DNA of 64,000 bases from a virus, in IMG/VR virus record IMGVR_UViG_3300004805_000006, positions 8,453-72,452 of that record; one strand, written 5' to 3'. Below are positions 26,046 through 36,483 of this stretch, in pieces. The notes under the pieces were generated by a model. It was given only the letters and a program-made list of their open reading frames with translations. It ran no database searches and was not told the origin of the DNA. The position numbers and the translations under genes were made by a program. Numbering within the stretch: the stretch's first letter is position 1; each line of letters opens with the position of its first letter.

Positions 26046-27074
26046 TCAATCTGTTGATCTTCTTTTTTGTAACATAGTTTCGTACTGTATATCTGTAAAA
26101 CCAAATAGTCTAATTTCTAGGCTACTATTATTAATTAAATACAAAGCATTATCATCATATGTTTTTAAAGATAACACAACAATTTCCTTAACTCCGGCAT
26201 TTATAATTTCTTTAATACAATTAGAACATGGTATTGAACAGTACATATACATTGTAGAACCTTTAGTATATATTCCATTTTTTGCAGCATTTAAAATTGT
26301 ATTAACTTCGGCATGTGATGCTATACACATGTGTAATCCTTCTATAGAAGAAAACTCCAATAAGTGCCTAGGACATTTATCTTTTGTATCATTATCTTTG
26401 ATATACTCATTGTAATTATCAGAAAAAACTTTATCAATATTCCATCTATTATCACATCTTGGAACTCCTGAAGGTGGTCCATTGTAACCTGTGGAAATAA
26501 TACTTTTATCTCGCACTAAAATAGCTCCAATTCTTCTAGATAAACATTTAGAATTTCTAGCTACTTGTCTACATATATTATAAAAATATTCATCCCAGTT
26601 ATTAATTGCTGAGTCTGTAATTGAGTAACCAAACGAAGCAGATTTATCTGATACAGACAAAGTGTCAATAACCATTTGATCAGTTACTTTATTAAGTGAG
26701 GTTCTAAAATACTTAGCAGCTACTTCTTTATGTATATCTCTAGGAGATCTAATAAGGTCATTAAAAGAAGATGTTCCAGAAGCTATCATAACTTTTATAA
26801 CTAAGCTTATAACAAATTTATCTATATTATCATCAACTGGAAATTTGTGCAGAATTGTTTTAATAACTCTATCTGAACAATCAGTATATGATGATCCTAA
26901 CGCTGATGATGTCTTTATAATATTAATAGCATCAGTTATTAATTCTACACTGTAAGTAACAAATATATTATTTATTTCCTCCATAATGAGCTTATCTCTT
27001 AAATCACCATAATAAAAATCATAAGTTTGTTTAAATTCATCATCTATAATTAACTCCATTAGATTATTCTCCAT
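26046..27074 (-). CDS. dCMP deaminase with long N-terminal extension
   Basis: S.C..R.IGA, STGYNG, HAE.N, PC..C motifs. Confidence 0.88.
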   Translation of the reverse strand: MENNLMELIIDDEFKQTYDFYYGDLRDKLIMEEINNIFVTYSVELITDAINIIKTSSALGSSYTDCSDRVIKTILHKFPVDDNIDKFVISLVIKVMIASGTSSFNDLIRSPRDIHKEVAAKYFRTSLNKVTDQMVIDTLSVSDKSASFGYSITDSAINNWDEYFYNICRQVARNSKCLSRRIGAILVRDKSIISTGYNGPPSGVPRCDNRWNIDKVFSDNYNEYIKDNDTKDKCPRHLLEFSSIEGLHMCIASHAEVNTILNAAKNGIYTKGSTMYMYCSIPCSNCIKEIINAGVKEIVVLSLKTYDDNALYLINNSSLEIRLFGFTDIQYETMLQKRRSTD

Positions 27075-27330
27075 TATTAAGTTCTTCTTCATTGATAGAA
27101 GGAACCCATGATAAATCTATATTGTCTATATTATCAAGCATTACTTGCTTACTGTATTCATCATTATACTGCATTAAAATCATTCTATCTGCATCTTGGC
27201 AAGCTAAGCATTTAATATCTATTACTATAGTAGCTTCTTTATTCATTGGCTTAAATGAACACATACCCATAGCTCCACAGTCACATTCATAATGTATAAT
27301 ATTATTTTCGTGTTTTTTAATTTTAATCAT
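27064..27330 (-). CDS. small Cys-rich protein
   Basis: CDCG..C..C..C. Confidence 0.55.
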   Translation of the reverse strand: MIKIKKHENNIIHYECDCGAMGMCSFKPMNKEATIVIDIKCLACQDADRMILMQYNDEYSKQVMLDNIDNIDLSWVPSINEEELNNGE

Positions 27331-27361
27331 AGTAGTTCCTTACTATAACAAGGTTAGTTAA

Positions 27362-28639
27362 TTACAGATCTTTTCTAAGTCTAAAAAGCCTAGGAAATCT
27401 CATTCTTCCATTGGCTCCCCATTCTTGATGTTTAATTTCTACCGTACTTCCCATTAATTCCCATGGATTATCTGTATATTCTCGTCTAAAATCTAATGAA
27501 TAACCAGAACCAACTTTGCATTCTATACCATTTTCTTGCATAACCCATATTTTATTAAGTAATTTTTCAGTGCATAATTTACCATCTTTTACAACAGTGA
27601 AATTATCATTATACTCTATTTTTGTAACTACACAATCAGAAATAACTTCTACTTGATTAGACAATTCTCCAATCAAACTTCGTTTAAGTTTAAGTAGGGC
27701 ATTAGACCGCTTATAGTCATAAAGATTATTAGGATCTCTTAGCATTATACCTTCATATCCTTGTTCAAAAGCTTCTTCTACTTTATCTATAATTTCATAA
27801 AAATTTATAATGCCTCTATTAACAACTTTAATATGAGTAGCTTCTAATTCTGTTATTTCATTTATAACTTCTACATAATTTGGTTTTTCGCCTGCCAAAA
27901 AATTTTCAGCATTACCACCTACAAATAAATGATATTCCATTTCAGGAACTTGCCCCTTAGTAAAAGCCATAACAGGACCTTGAACTTCTTCAAATGTTAA
28001 TCCATGTTTATATAATTCACCATCAAAGAAAGTCCACCCTTTACTATTATATATAAGTTCTAGTTGAGGTTTTATATGGTCAACTGTAAGAAGTTCCTTA
28101 CCTTTACGAGAGTATAAAGTCCACTTACCATCACCATTTCTTATAGCTACGCACCTTAAACCATCTAGTTTATACGATACATACCATTGTGGTAATTTAT
28201 GCCCTGACTTAGTTGGATCATAAGTATTAGAAAGTTGAACATTAAATTGTTTTATTATTCCAGGAAGTAATTTTAATACAGCTTTAGAACTTATACCAGA
28301 TTTCCAGTTTTTATTTATTACACCTACCAATAATTCTTGAGAACCGGCATTCAATTTTTCAAGTAATGCAACTACTAATTCCCTATTTTGTTTAGCTGAG
28401 TTAGAATGTTCACAGAATGTAAGTACAGACTGAGCTTGGTAAAATAATTCTCCAAGATCAAGCTCAGATGGTAGAGGCATATCTTTAGGCTTAATACTTA
28501 CATTAAATAAAACAAAATTATCATATGTTAATCTTAAAAGCTCTCTAAGTTCTGGGCAATCATAACTAATGAGTACATCTTGCTTTTCAGAAGGTTTAGT
28601 TGTATTCCTTAAATCACTAAGAAGATTTTCAAATTTCAT
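27362..28639 (-). CDS. ATP-dependent DNA ligase
   Basis: KLDGLR, SRKG, DGELY, EGIMLR, KRS..LLKLK, KVGSG, RFP. Confidence 0.95.
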   Translation of the reverse strand: MKFENLLSDLRNTTKPSEKQDVLISYDCPELRELLRLTYDNFVLFNVSIKPKDMPLPSELDLGELFYQAQSVLTFCEHSNSAKQNRELVVALLEKLNAGSQELLVGVINKNWKSGISSKAVLKLLPGIIKQFNVQLSNTYDPTKSGHKLPQWYVSYKLDGLRCVAIRNGDGKWTLYSRKGKELLTVDHIKPQLELIYNSKGWTFFDGELYKHGLTFEEVQGPVMAFTKGQVPEMEYHLFVGGNAENFLAGEKPNYVEVINEITELEATHIKVVNRGIINFYEIIDKVEEAFEQGYEGIMLRDPNNLYDYKRSNALLKLKRSLIGELSNQVEVISDCVVTKIEYNDNFTVVKDGKLCTEKLLNKIWVMQENGIECKVGSGYSLDFRREYTDNPWELMGSTVEIKHQEWGANGRMRFPRLFRLRKDL

Positions 28640-28664
28640 AGCATACTCCTTATTTAGAACATTA

Positions 28665-28698
28665 TTAAATACCACCACTTAAAAGTAGTGGTATTTAA
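28665..28698 (-). terminator. intergenic hairpin
   Basis: TTAAATACCAC/GTGGTATTTAA stem. Confidence 0.5.
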
Positions 28699-28707
28699 AT
28701 TAATATA

Positions 28708-28968
28708 TTACTTCTTTTTCTTTTTATAAGCTTCTTCATTACCTACAGTATTTTCTATTGCTATACCCAAGGACAACATAGCACAAGTTTGGCTAAGTTT
28801 AAGTTCAATATAATTAGTTTGGTCTGCTAAAAAAGCAGAAGTATTTTTCATTACTAAATTTTTACAATTAGGGCATACAGTTTCTATCAACGGTCCAAAC
28901 ATTTTTGTATTAGACTTATGACAGTAGTAGTTTTTTCTACAAGAAAAACAACGTAGTTTAATTTCCAT
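28708..28968 (-). CDS. small Zn-ribbon protein
   Basis: CFSC..CPNC. Confidence 0.6.
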   Translation of the reverse strand: MEIKLRCFSCRKNYYCHKSNTKMFGPLIETVCPNCKNLVMKNTSAFLADQTNYIELKLSQTCAMLSLGIAIENTVGNEEAYKKKKK

Positions 28969-28972
28969 TATA

Positions 28973-29350
28973 TTATTCCTTATTGGCAGTAGTTAAAAAC
29001 CTACTTAAATCGCCTGTTAAAGGATGTTTAGTATCTGTTGTTCTAGCATAAGCTTTATAATCCTCTAATGAAGGTGTTTTAAACTCATTTGAATTTGAAT
29101 TAATTTGAGCAGTATCTTTACCCATAGAATTTTTAAGTACCTTAAGTTCTCTTTTTAAATTTTGTTTATATTTCTGTTGGTCTTCATAACCAATTTTAAT
29201 AGTAGAAACAGCATACTTAATTTTTAATTTATCTTTATCATAAAGATACTCTTCACAAATACGTGGTTTATTAATTGCAACACCTATATTTTTAACCGTA
29301 CATATATGATTTTTCATATTACCACACACATTACATTTTACTTTAGCCAT
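28973..29350 (-). CDS. hypothetical Cys-containing protein
   Basis: AGGAGG RBS; downstream of a promoter. Confidence 0.65.
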   Translation of the reverse strand: MAKVKCNVCGNMKNHICTVKNIGVAINKPRICEEYLYDKDKLKIKYAVSTIKIGYEDQQKYKQNLKRELKVLKNSMGKDTAQINSNSNEFKTPSLEDYKAYARTTDTKHPLTGDLSRFLTTANKE

Positions 29351-29391
29351 AATTCCTCCTAGTTTATAGTTGTTTATTCCTTGTTGAACGT

Positions 29392-29419
29392 AATATAATA
29401 CATAAAATCAGTTTGTCAA
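29392..29419 (-). promoter_or_regulatory. sigma70-like promoter
   Basis: TTGACA-N16-TATATT. Confidence 0.75.
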
Positions 29420-29434
29420 GTGCTATTGTAATAT

Positions 29435-30031
29435 TTATCTATTAGCAACACCTACATGTCTTAAAATATCATACCAATCATACACACGTTTAAACTTACT
29501 ACCGTCTATATAATCAGTATTCCAAGGTTTATCCATTAATAGAAGACCTTTTCTCCAACGTTTTTTGTAACGTAACATAGATTCTAAATGACTATGAAGA
29601 TCATCTACATACATATCTAAACTATATCTTCTACCTAAAATACCTTTAGGTTGAGTATGCCCTACCACAGCAAGTTCGTCGAAAGGTACATTATTTTTTC
29701 TTAACCACTTAAAAGTCATTGATTGATTTTGTTTAGGTCTAGATGTTATAAAGTATAATTTATGACCTGCTCTTCTAAGTTTATGCAAAACTTCTACTGC
29801 ACCTTCTATAGGTTTGGCTTTAAATTGAAAATCTTTATCATTGGCAATGTTATCCATATCCTCAATTATTTTGGCATTTAATTCTTCATCGCGGCTAAAA
29901 AGACATTTTGCAAATCCGTAATGAATAAAACAACCTATTGGCCATTCTATACCATAAGTACTTTCTAAATGTATTTCAAATTCAGAAGTTAAATCTACAA
30001 CTACCTCGTCTAGATCGAATCCTAGTCTCAT
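29435..30031 (-). CDS. 5'(3')-deoxyribonucleotidase (HAD, NT5C family)
   Basis: DLDEV, ITSR, T..WL, K, YVDD, PWN. Confidence 0.85.
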   Translation of the reverse strand: MRLGFDLDEVVVDLTSEFEIHLESTYGIEWPIGCFIHYGFAKCLFSRDEELNAKIIEDMDNIANDKDFQFKAKPIEGAVEVLHKLRRAGHKLYFITSRPKQNQSMTFKWLRKNNVPFDELAVVGHTQPKGILGRRYSLDMYVDDLHSHLESMLRYKKRWRKGLLLMDKPWNTDYIDGSKFKRVYDWYDILRHVGVANR

Positions 30032-30059
30032 TTTTTATCCCCCATAATTTGTATTTAGT

Positions 30060-33000
30060 CTATCCACATCGGCTATATCCACAAGTACAACTTATACAAC
30101 CCTCATAAAATTTCATAGATTTTTCACCACATTCTGGGCAGACCATACCATGTACATCATGTTCTTTAACAAATCTACCTAAAAATTTTGTAATATGAAA
30201 TACAAAAGTACCAACTATAGCCTCTAATTCACTTAATCCTTTAACTATCGTAAATACATCTACATTATGTCTAAGAAGTAATCCAAGCATACGACAAATT
30301 TTAACAGGATTTTTTTGCCCTGCATACTTCTTTTTCGTCTCTTCTACAAAATAATTATTTATATTTTTGAATACCGCTATTTCCTCTAGTTTTTCAAGAG
30401 CATTAAAAGTCAAAACATTATCTTCTCTATTATTAGTATTTACAAATATCGCAAACGGTCTAGTACATGCTCTATCTTTAAAAGCTACATGAAGATAATA
30501 TTTTTTTCCATCGGATTTTAAAATATATCCTTTAGCTGGATATTCTTCAGGTAATTGTATATCACTAGTTATAATATCACCATTTTTTTGTTCTTCAAAA
30601 ACTTCTAAAAATTCAGTTTGTTGCTTTTCTACAGACTTTTCTTGTTCTTTTTTCTGTATTTCCAATACTGCTATAGATGTTCCTTCTCTATAAGTAGTAC
30701 ATCCCTTAACTCCATAAGAATGAATATCACCATACAATGATTTGAAACTATCAAAAGAAATATCATTAGGTAAGTTTATAGTTTTAGATATTCCTTGATC
30801 AGTATATGACGATACTAGCTTCAATACTTTAAGATGCTCTTCCACACTTAATTCCATCGCTGTAGCAGTTTCTGTAAAACCACGCTCAAGTGCTATTTTA
30901 TAACCATAATCCATAATAGTTATTTTTTCACATAGACCAGTATTACTATCTATTCTGAATTTACCATCTGTTGAAATAAGTACTACCTCATCAGCTACCT
31001 TTTCTTCTTTAAAGTATTCAGTTTCAAACCATTCTCCTATATGAACATTAGGATATTTAAAATCTACTGCTTTACCTTCTGACCTATTCCACCTAGTAAA
31101 TTCACGAGCAAACACCGGTTCAACTCCTCCAGATATATTACCTGCTACAATAGACAAAGTATTATGTGTAATAAATCCATTGGCTACATATGTTTGAGAA
31201 GAATCATTAACAGAGATGTCCTGCACGTGTTTTAATATATTGCTATTATTTATAGTAGAAATGGTATCTAAAAACATATTATTTTCTATAAACCAATTAT
31301 AATTATCTTTTTTAATTTTTCTTCTATAAATACTATTAGTAACACAAATAATACCTTTATCAAGATATTTTTTAATAAAAGTATCTCGTGAAAAAATATG
31401 ATGTTCCTTTGGTAATAATAGAACAGGTTCAAAATTTCTTCCAACATATTTTATATCTATTTTTTTTGAGTCTACACCCATTAATTTACATAGTTTTCTA
31501 GAATTAAAAACACTTAATTCTATTCTTATAGCATTAAAATTAGATTTAGTTTTTCTATGTAATATTTCTATTTCTTTTCCTACAGTTTGTTCAGTATATA
31601 TATGTGAAGGTATTCCTATACCTAAAAGGATAGTGTGTAATTGATTAGCCATTTTTTCTGATACTGTAGTAAATCTAACACATTGTTTAGAGATATTAAA
31701 TCCACCATCACCTAAAAAATAACCTTTAATAAAACTATAAATTATATTTCTATTGCTACACATAATAATTTTAGGTATAAAAGCATTTGATGACCCATTT
31801 TTTACACATATATTTTTATCAAACCACTCTCTAATTTCTTTAGAATTTACTTCGATACGTAAACTATTAGTATCATCTCTTTTTCTAATTATAATTCTAG
31901 TATACTTATCACTAAAACAAGATGTTATTAATTTTGTTATATATTCTTCTTCATCAGTATGTATTTGAAAATATAATCTATTATTACAAAACCATCCTTC
32001 TGCCATATAAAAACCTAAAAGTTCAGCTAAATTCTCGTTCATGTCTGTAGTATTAATGTCATTAAATATAAAATCTTTTTTCATAACAACAACATCATCT
32101 ACTAATATATCTTTTAATTCCTTCCATATATATTCACCATTATTATTTATAGTTCTTACTTTATGTGGTAATGTTCCTTCTATACTATATCCATTATGAG
32201 TAGTTATTTTTACAGTTTTTGAGTACCCTTTATCATACCATCCTTTAAAAGATGAATTTTTAAAATCTGAAGATAATTCAAGACTATCTGTATATAGTGA
32301 TATTTCCTTAGAATCACTTATTTCCAAACAACCTTTAGAAGTTGATATTAAAGTATCGTCAACCAAACAACCAGTCGGAGCAATTGCACTCAGTGCTGAA
32401 TGACGTAATCCATGCTTCTTTATTAAATCAATTACTTCTTTGGATAGTGTACCATTTTTAACATACCCACACTCAATTAATTCTGGACTATATAATTCAA
32501 AAGGACCCTTTTCTTTAGCCAATAAAGCAGAACTCTTATACGCTTGGTTAATAAATTCCTTTAAAATAACATCAAGAACATCTAAACATTCCTCTCCACC
32601 ATAGCGAAGATTCATCATCATCATTAACGAACCTATGCCCATCAATCCTATACCTATCTTTCTTTTTAACTTGGCAGCTTGTTCATACATTGGTAATGGA
32701 TATGATGAAATTTCTATAACATTGTCTAGAGCATTTACCATAATATCAATGGCTTCTTTAAATTCAATTAAACAGAATTTATTTTTGTCCACGTCAAAAA
32801 ATTTAGTAAGATTAAGAGATCCTAAATTACATACATCACCCAATTCTATAGCTTTACCATTTACATATTCAATTCCTGTATGTCCGAAGATTTCTCCACA
32901 TTGTAATGTACTTAATCCATTGCATATAACAGATCCATAATCTTTTTGTGTTAAACAATATACATCTTCTTTACCAACAAATTCTATAAATTTTATAGGA

Positions 33001-34922
33001 TCATAAAATGATTGTTTATAAGGTTCATGGTGTTCTCTCCAACTATCAAATTTATTATTTTTATAAGGCAACATAAACCCAATTTCTTTCATAAATATAT
33101 CGCGACTAATACTACAAAGTATTAATTCGTATTGATCTCTACACCAATATTCCTTCATACCACCTTTACCATCAGGTAGTTTTCTATAACCAGCTTTACG
33201 TCTAAAATATATACTAGAACGTATACCAAAATTAGATAATAAAATTTGTACATCTTTCAATAATGTCGGTTCAGAACTACTAAGTCTTATAGAACACCTA
33301 GATTTAATATCCACTGCAACCGTACCATCAGATTGAAATAATCCTTGTAGATATCCAATAACCATTTCTTTACTGCCTTTAAAAATATAATCTGGAACAT
33401 TCTTTTTTATATTAAGTAAATTAAAACTATCAAAAATTCTGTATAAAACAGCTGATCTTACTTCAAACATATCTTTTTGTTTAATGTATTGTTTAGATAT
33501 AATTACGTTTGAATAATCACCGCCATATTGAAGAATTAAACTATTAATGGTATTAGTAATTTCATCGATTAAACAGTTATCCTTTCCCCATAATCTTGCA
33601 ATAACAACATTACTTTTACAATTATCAATTTTATTCCAGCCATTATAAATAGTACCATCTCCAGTAATTAATCCGATTAATCTACCAAAATCATAATTAC
33701 CATTTTCTCCAAAGCCACACTCACCCGAACAAATTCTTAATTTATCACCTACAATTAAATCTTTTAATTGTTTATCACCAATATCTGTAGAAAATCCATG
33801 ATATTCTGTAGCTTTAATTTCATATCCTGAATTAGTTGTGATCTTATATACATCTTTATTACCAGTCTTGTATACATTAGAAGCTAATAATCTTGTAGTT
33901 CCTAAATTACCATTAATTTTTCTATTGTCAACATAAACTATATTATCTTTCCCATCAATATAAAGATCATGTATTCTTTCCATACCTTTAGATGTGTGTA
34001 GTAACATATCTCCAGTAAAGCATGGGTTAGTTGATAACATATCACCATTTAGATAGCTAATATTATTCATCTTTCTAGCATTATCTATAAACAAGATCCC
34101 CGGTTCATTCCGAGTATAGCTATTTCTAAGTAAAAGCTCCCATAGATAATCAGCTCTTACTGTTTTATAAATAACAACTGGGAATCCTTTTTCTGCCCAC
34201 TTCTCAAAATTACCATCCCATAATTCATCATACCTTTCAAAATTAATATCTGGAAACCATAAGTCCCAATCCATATCATTCTGTACTGCATACATGAACG
34301 CATCAGAAATTAACACTGACATATTCATCTTGGTTAGTTTATTCGGTGTAGCTTTAGCAACAATAAAACTCTCAATGTCTGGGTGATTAATACTCATTGT
34401 AACCATTGTAGCACCCTTACGAATGGACTTCTTTGTTGGAATTCCCTGATAACTATCATTCTTGTCCACACTTCCTGACGTTATAACCTCAGATACCTTG
34501 TCAAAAATTTCAAGGAATTTGATACTACCAGGACTCCCTACTCCTATTTTCCTAATCAAAGTTTTTGCTGGTCTAAAAAAGTTAGCGCAAAAACCCACTC
34601 CACCTTCACTCTTCAGAGTATAAGAGAATTTGCCTAACATATCCAGAATACCCTCTAAAGAGTCTGGATTTTTTGTAACCGACTCTATGAAACAATTGAA
34701 TAAAGTTAACCCTTCCTCAGAAACTCCAATATTAGCATTTATTCTCCCACCAAAAAGTACTTTAAAATCCATCAGCATATCAAAAAGTTTTTTGTTTTTT
34801 ATTTTTTCATCTTTAAATATATTATTTGATAATCTACTACAAAATTCTTTATAAGATTCATCTTTATACTGGTATTTATCAGACCATATTTTTCTCTGAA
34901 ATGGATCAATTAATGTATTCAT
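30060..34922 (-). CDS. nrdJ: class II (B12-dependent) ribonucleotide reductase with two inteins
   Basis: NCF, GGVG, GEPG-like NEPG, TNP|CGE, CNLGSLNL, APTG|T, SKTIN, KG.T.YR, C-terminal CPEC..C..CG Zn module; no beta subunit nearby. Confidence 0.92.
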   Translation of the reverse strand: MNTLIDPFQRKIWSDKYQYKDESYKEFCSRLSNNIFKDEKIKNKKLFDMLMDFKVLFGGRINANIGVSEEGLTLFNCFIESVTKNPDSLEGILDMLGKFSYTLKSEGGVGFCANFFRPAKTLIRKIGVGSPGSIKFLEIFDKVSEVITSGSVDKNDSYQGIPTKKSIRKGATMVTMSINHPDIESFIVAKATPNKLTKMNMSVLISDAFMYAVQNDMDWDLWFPDINFERYDELWDGNFEKWAEKGFPVVIYKTVRADYLWELLLRNSYTRNEPGILFIDNARKMNNISYLNGDMLSTNPCFTGDMLLHTSKGMERIHDLYIDGKDNIVYVDNRKINGNLGTTRLLASNVYKTGNKDVYKITTNSGYEIKATEYHGFSTDIGDKQLKDLIVGDKLRICSGECGFGENGNYDFGRLIGLITGDGTIYNGWNKIDNCKSNVVIARLWGKDNCLIDEITNTINSLILQYGGDYSNVIISKQYIKQKDMFEVRSAVLYRIFDSFNLLNIKKNVPDYIFKGSKEMVIGYLQGLFQSDGTVAVDIKSRCSIRLSSSEPTLLKDVQILLSNFGIRSSIYFRRKAGYRKLPDGKGGMKEYWCRDQYELILCSISRDIFMKEIGFMLPYKNNKFDSWREHHEPYKQSFYDPIKFIEFVGKEDVYCLTQKDYGSVICNGLSTLQCGEIFGHTGIEYVNGKAIELGDVCNLGSLNLTKFFDVDKNKFCLIEFKEAIDIMVNALDNVIEISSYPLPMYEQAAKLKRKIGIGLMGIGSLMMMMNLRYGGEECLDVLDVILKEFINQAYKSSALLAKEKGPFELYSPELIECGYVKNGTLSKEVIDLIKKHGLRHSALSAIAPTGCLVDDTLISTSKGCLEISDSKEISLYTDSLELSSDFKNSSFKGWYDKGYSKTVKITTHNGYSIEGTLPHKVRTINNNGEYIWKELKDILVDDVVVMKKDFIFNDINTTDMNENLAELLGFYMAEGWFCNNRLYFQIHTDEEEYITKLITSCFSDKYTRIIIRKRDDTNSLRIEVNSKEIREWFDKNICVKNGSSNAFIPKIIMCSNRNIIYSFIKGYFLGDGGFNISKQCVRFTTVSEKMANQLHTILLGIGIPSHIYTEQTVGKEIEILHRKTKSNFNAIRIELSVFNSRKLCKLMGVDSKKIDIKYVGRNFEPVLLLPKEHHIFSRDTFIKKYLDKGIICVTNSIYRRKIKKDNYNWFIENNMFLDTISTINNSNILKHVQDISVNDSSQTYVANGFITHNTLSIVAGNISGGVEPVFAREFTRWNRSEGKAVDFKYPNVHIGEWFETEYFKEEKVADEVVLISTDGKFRIDSNTGLCEKITIMDYGYKIALERGFTETATAMELSVEEHLKVLKLVSSYTDQGISKTINLPNDISFDSFKSLYGDIHSYGVKGCTTYREGTSIAVLEIQKKEQEKSVEKQQTEFLEVFEEQKNGDIITSDIQLPEEYPAKGYILKSDGKKYYLHVAFKDRACTRPFAIFVNTNNREDNVLTFNALEKLEEIAVFKNINNYFVEETKKKYAGQKNPVKICRMLGLLLRHNVDVFTIVKGLSELEAIVGTFVFHITKFLGRFVKEHDVHGMVCPECGEKSMKFYEGCISCTCGYSRCG
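31161..32369 (-). mobile_element. intein with LAGLIDADG endonuclease (403 aa) in RNR
   Basis: APTG|CLVDD..LLGFYMAEG..FIKGYFLGDG..THN|T. Confidence 0.92.
32901..34022 (-). mobile_element. intein with LAGLIDADG endonuclease (374 aa) in RNR active site, C-terminal Gln
   Basis: TNP|CFTGD..LIGLITGDG..YLQGLFQSDG..STLQ|CGE. Confidence 0.92.
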
Positions 34923-34978
34923 AGTTCTCCTATTAATTATATTTAGAGCCACCACATTAGTAGTGGCTCATATCAATC

Positions 34979-35422
34979 TTATCTACCAGTATGTCCAAAC
35001 CCACCAGTTCCTCTATCTGTAGTATCAAGAGAATCTGTTTCCATAAAATAACCAGTATATACAGGAGAGAACTTCATCTGCGCTATAGCGTCTCCCTTTA
35101 CTATACTGATATCCTCATCACCTAGATTAACAAGTATGACCATTAATTCTCCTCTATATTGAGAATCAATAGTGCCTGGAGTATTTAAAACTGTTAATCC
35201 TTTCTTCCAAGCCAGACCACTCCTAGGTCTAATCTGTGCCTCAAACCCATCAGGAACAGCTATCTTCAGTCCAGTCTTAGCTAGGACCCTATGTCCTGGC
35301 TTGATTGTATAATCCTCGATTGTCCTCAAAGAGCATGCGCAGTCCCCAAATTTTTCATAAACAGGGAACACTGCATCTACGTGTGTCTTTACACAAAAAA
35401 TCTTTAAGCCATTTGAATTCAT
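34979..35422 (-). CDS. dut: trimeric dUTPase
   Basis: RPRSGLA, GTIDSQYRGE, IAQ, RGTGGFGHTG. Confidence 0.95.
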   Translation of the reverse strand: MNSNGLKIFCVKTHVDAVFPVYEKFGDCACSLRTIEDYTIKPGHRVLAKTGLKIAVPDGFEAQIRPRSGLAWKKGLTVLNTPGTIDSQYRGELMVILVNLGDEDISIVKGDAIAQMKFSPVYTGYFMETDSLDTTDRGTGGFGHTGR

Positions 35423-35433
35423 GTTGTCTCTCC

Positions 35434-36483
35434 TTAATATTTGTATTTGTATCTCATGTACATCAACGCCTGATACCAGGCTATGTGCCACTCACGGTCA
35501 GTATTTGCTATAGTATTACAACTACCACATAAGGTTATTACGTTAATAGGACTACAACTTTTCTTATTATAGTCAATATGGTGAATATGGAGTCTTGAAT
35601 CTTTTTTATTACAAGTAGGATTTAAGCACTTATTACCATCTCTAAGTCTTATATCTTTCTTGTATTCCTTATCACTCCAAATTGGACAGTAAGGTTCGTA
35701 AGAAGTTCCTCCGTTCCAAACTGGATTTCCTGGACCAGTTTGTCTTATAGACTGTCTAATACGAGAACAAAATGGACACTTATATCCGTGAGACCAATCA
35801 TGCCATGTAATGCTATGTTCATGACCTTCAGAACATCTATAATATAGTTTAGTTTTATTATTAACATACTTTTCAGACAACAAAGTATAACCTTCATTCT
35901 TAAAAGATTCTCTTACCTGGTCTAAAGTAAGTTTAATTGTACCATAACACATAAAACATCTATGACCTCGTTGCCATGCGTTCCAAATAATATTATGTTC
36001 ATGCCCCTTAGGGCATCTATAATCCAATTTAGTAGTACTATTAACATATTCTGTAGATAATAAAGTATACCCTTTACTTTCAAAAGATTCTCTAACTTGT
36101 TCAAACGTAGGCTTAGTATTTCCAAAGCAAGTGATACATCTATGACAACGTTGCCAACAACTCCATGAAATACTATGTTCATGCCCTTTAGGACATCTAT
36201 AATCTAACTTCATTAGAGAATTAATATACTCCGTAGACAATAAAGTATATCCTTCATTTTCAAAAGATTCCTTAATATATTCTAAATTAAGCTTAGTATT
36301 TCCAGCACAAGTTGAACACCTATTTCCTTTTTTCCAATTAGTCCAAATCATACTATGTTCATGACCTTTAGAGCATCTATAATCCAATTTTGTACTACTA
36401 TTAATATAGTCATCTGATAAAAGAGTATACCCTCCACTCTCAAAAGACTCCTTTACAAACTCATAAGTTAATTTTTCTGGCAT
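35434..36483 (-). CDS. HNH endonuclease with 4 Zn-binding repeats, copy 2
   Basis: Same repeat and HNH architecture as 9907-10761. Confidence 0.85.
   Translation of the reverse strand: MPEKLTYEFVKESFESGGYTLLSDDYINSSTKLDYRCSKGHEHSMIWTNWKKGNRCSTCAGNTKLNLEYIKESFENEGYTLLSTEYINSLMKLDYRCPKGHEHSISWSCWQRCHRCITCFGNTKPTFEQVRESFESKGYTLLSTEYVNSTTKLDYRCPKGHEHNIIWNAWQRGHRCFMCYGTIKLTLDQVRESFKNEGYTLLSEKYVNNKTKLYYRCSEGHEHSITWHDWSHGYKCPFCSRIRQSIRQTGPGNPVWNGGTSYEPYCPIWSDKEYKKDIRLRDGNKCLNPTCNKKDSRLHIHHIDYNKKSCSPINVITLCGSCNTIANTDREWHIAWYQALMYMRYKYKY

Noticed and set aside
16874-27362. Possible late-promoter motif TAACCT on the - strand near 16880, 21585 and 27355
   Set aside because: Too short and variably spaced to separate from chance in AT-rich DNA by eye
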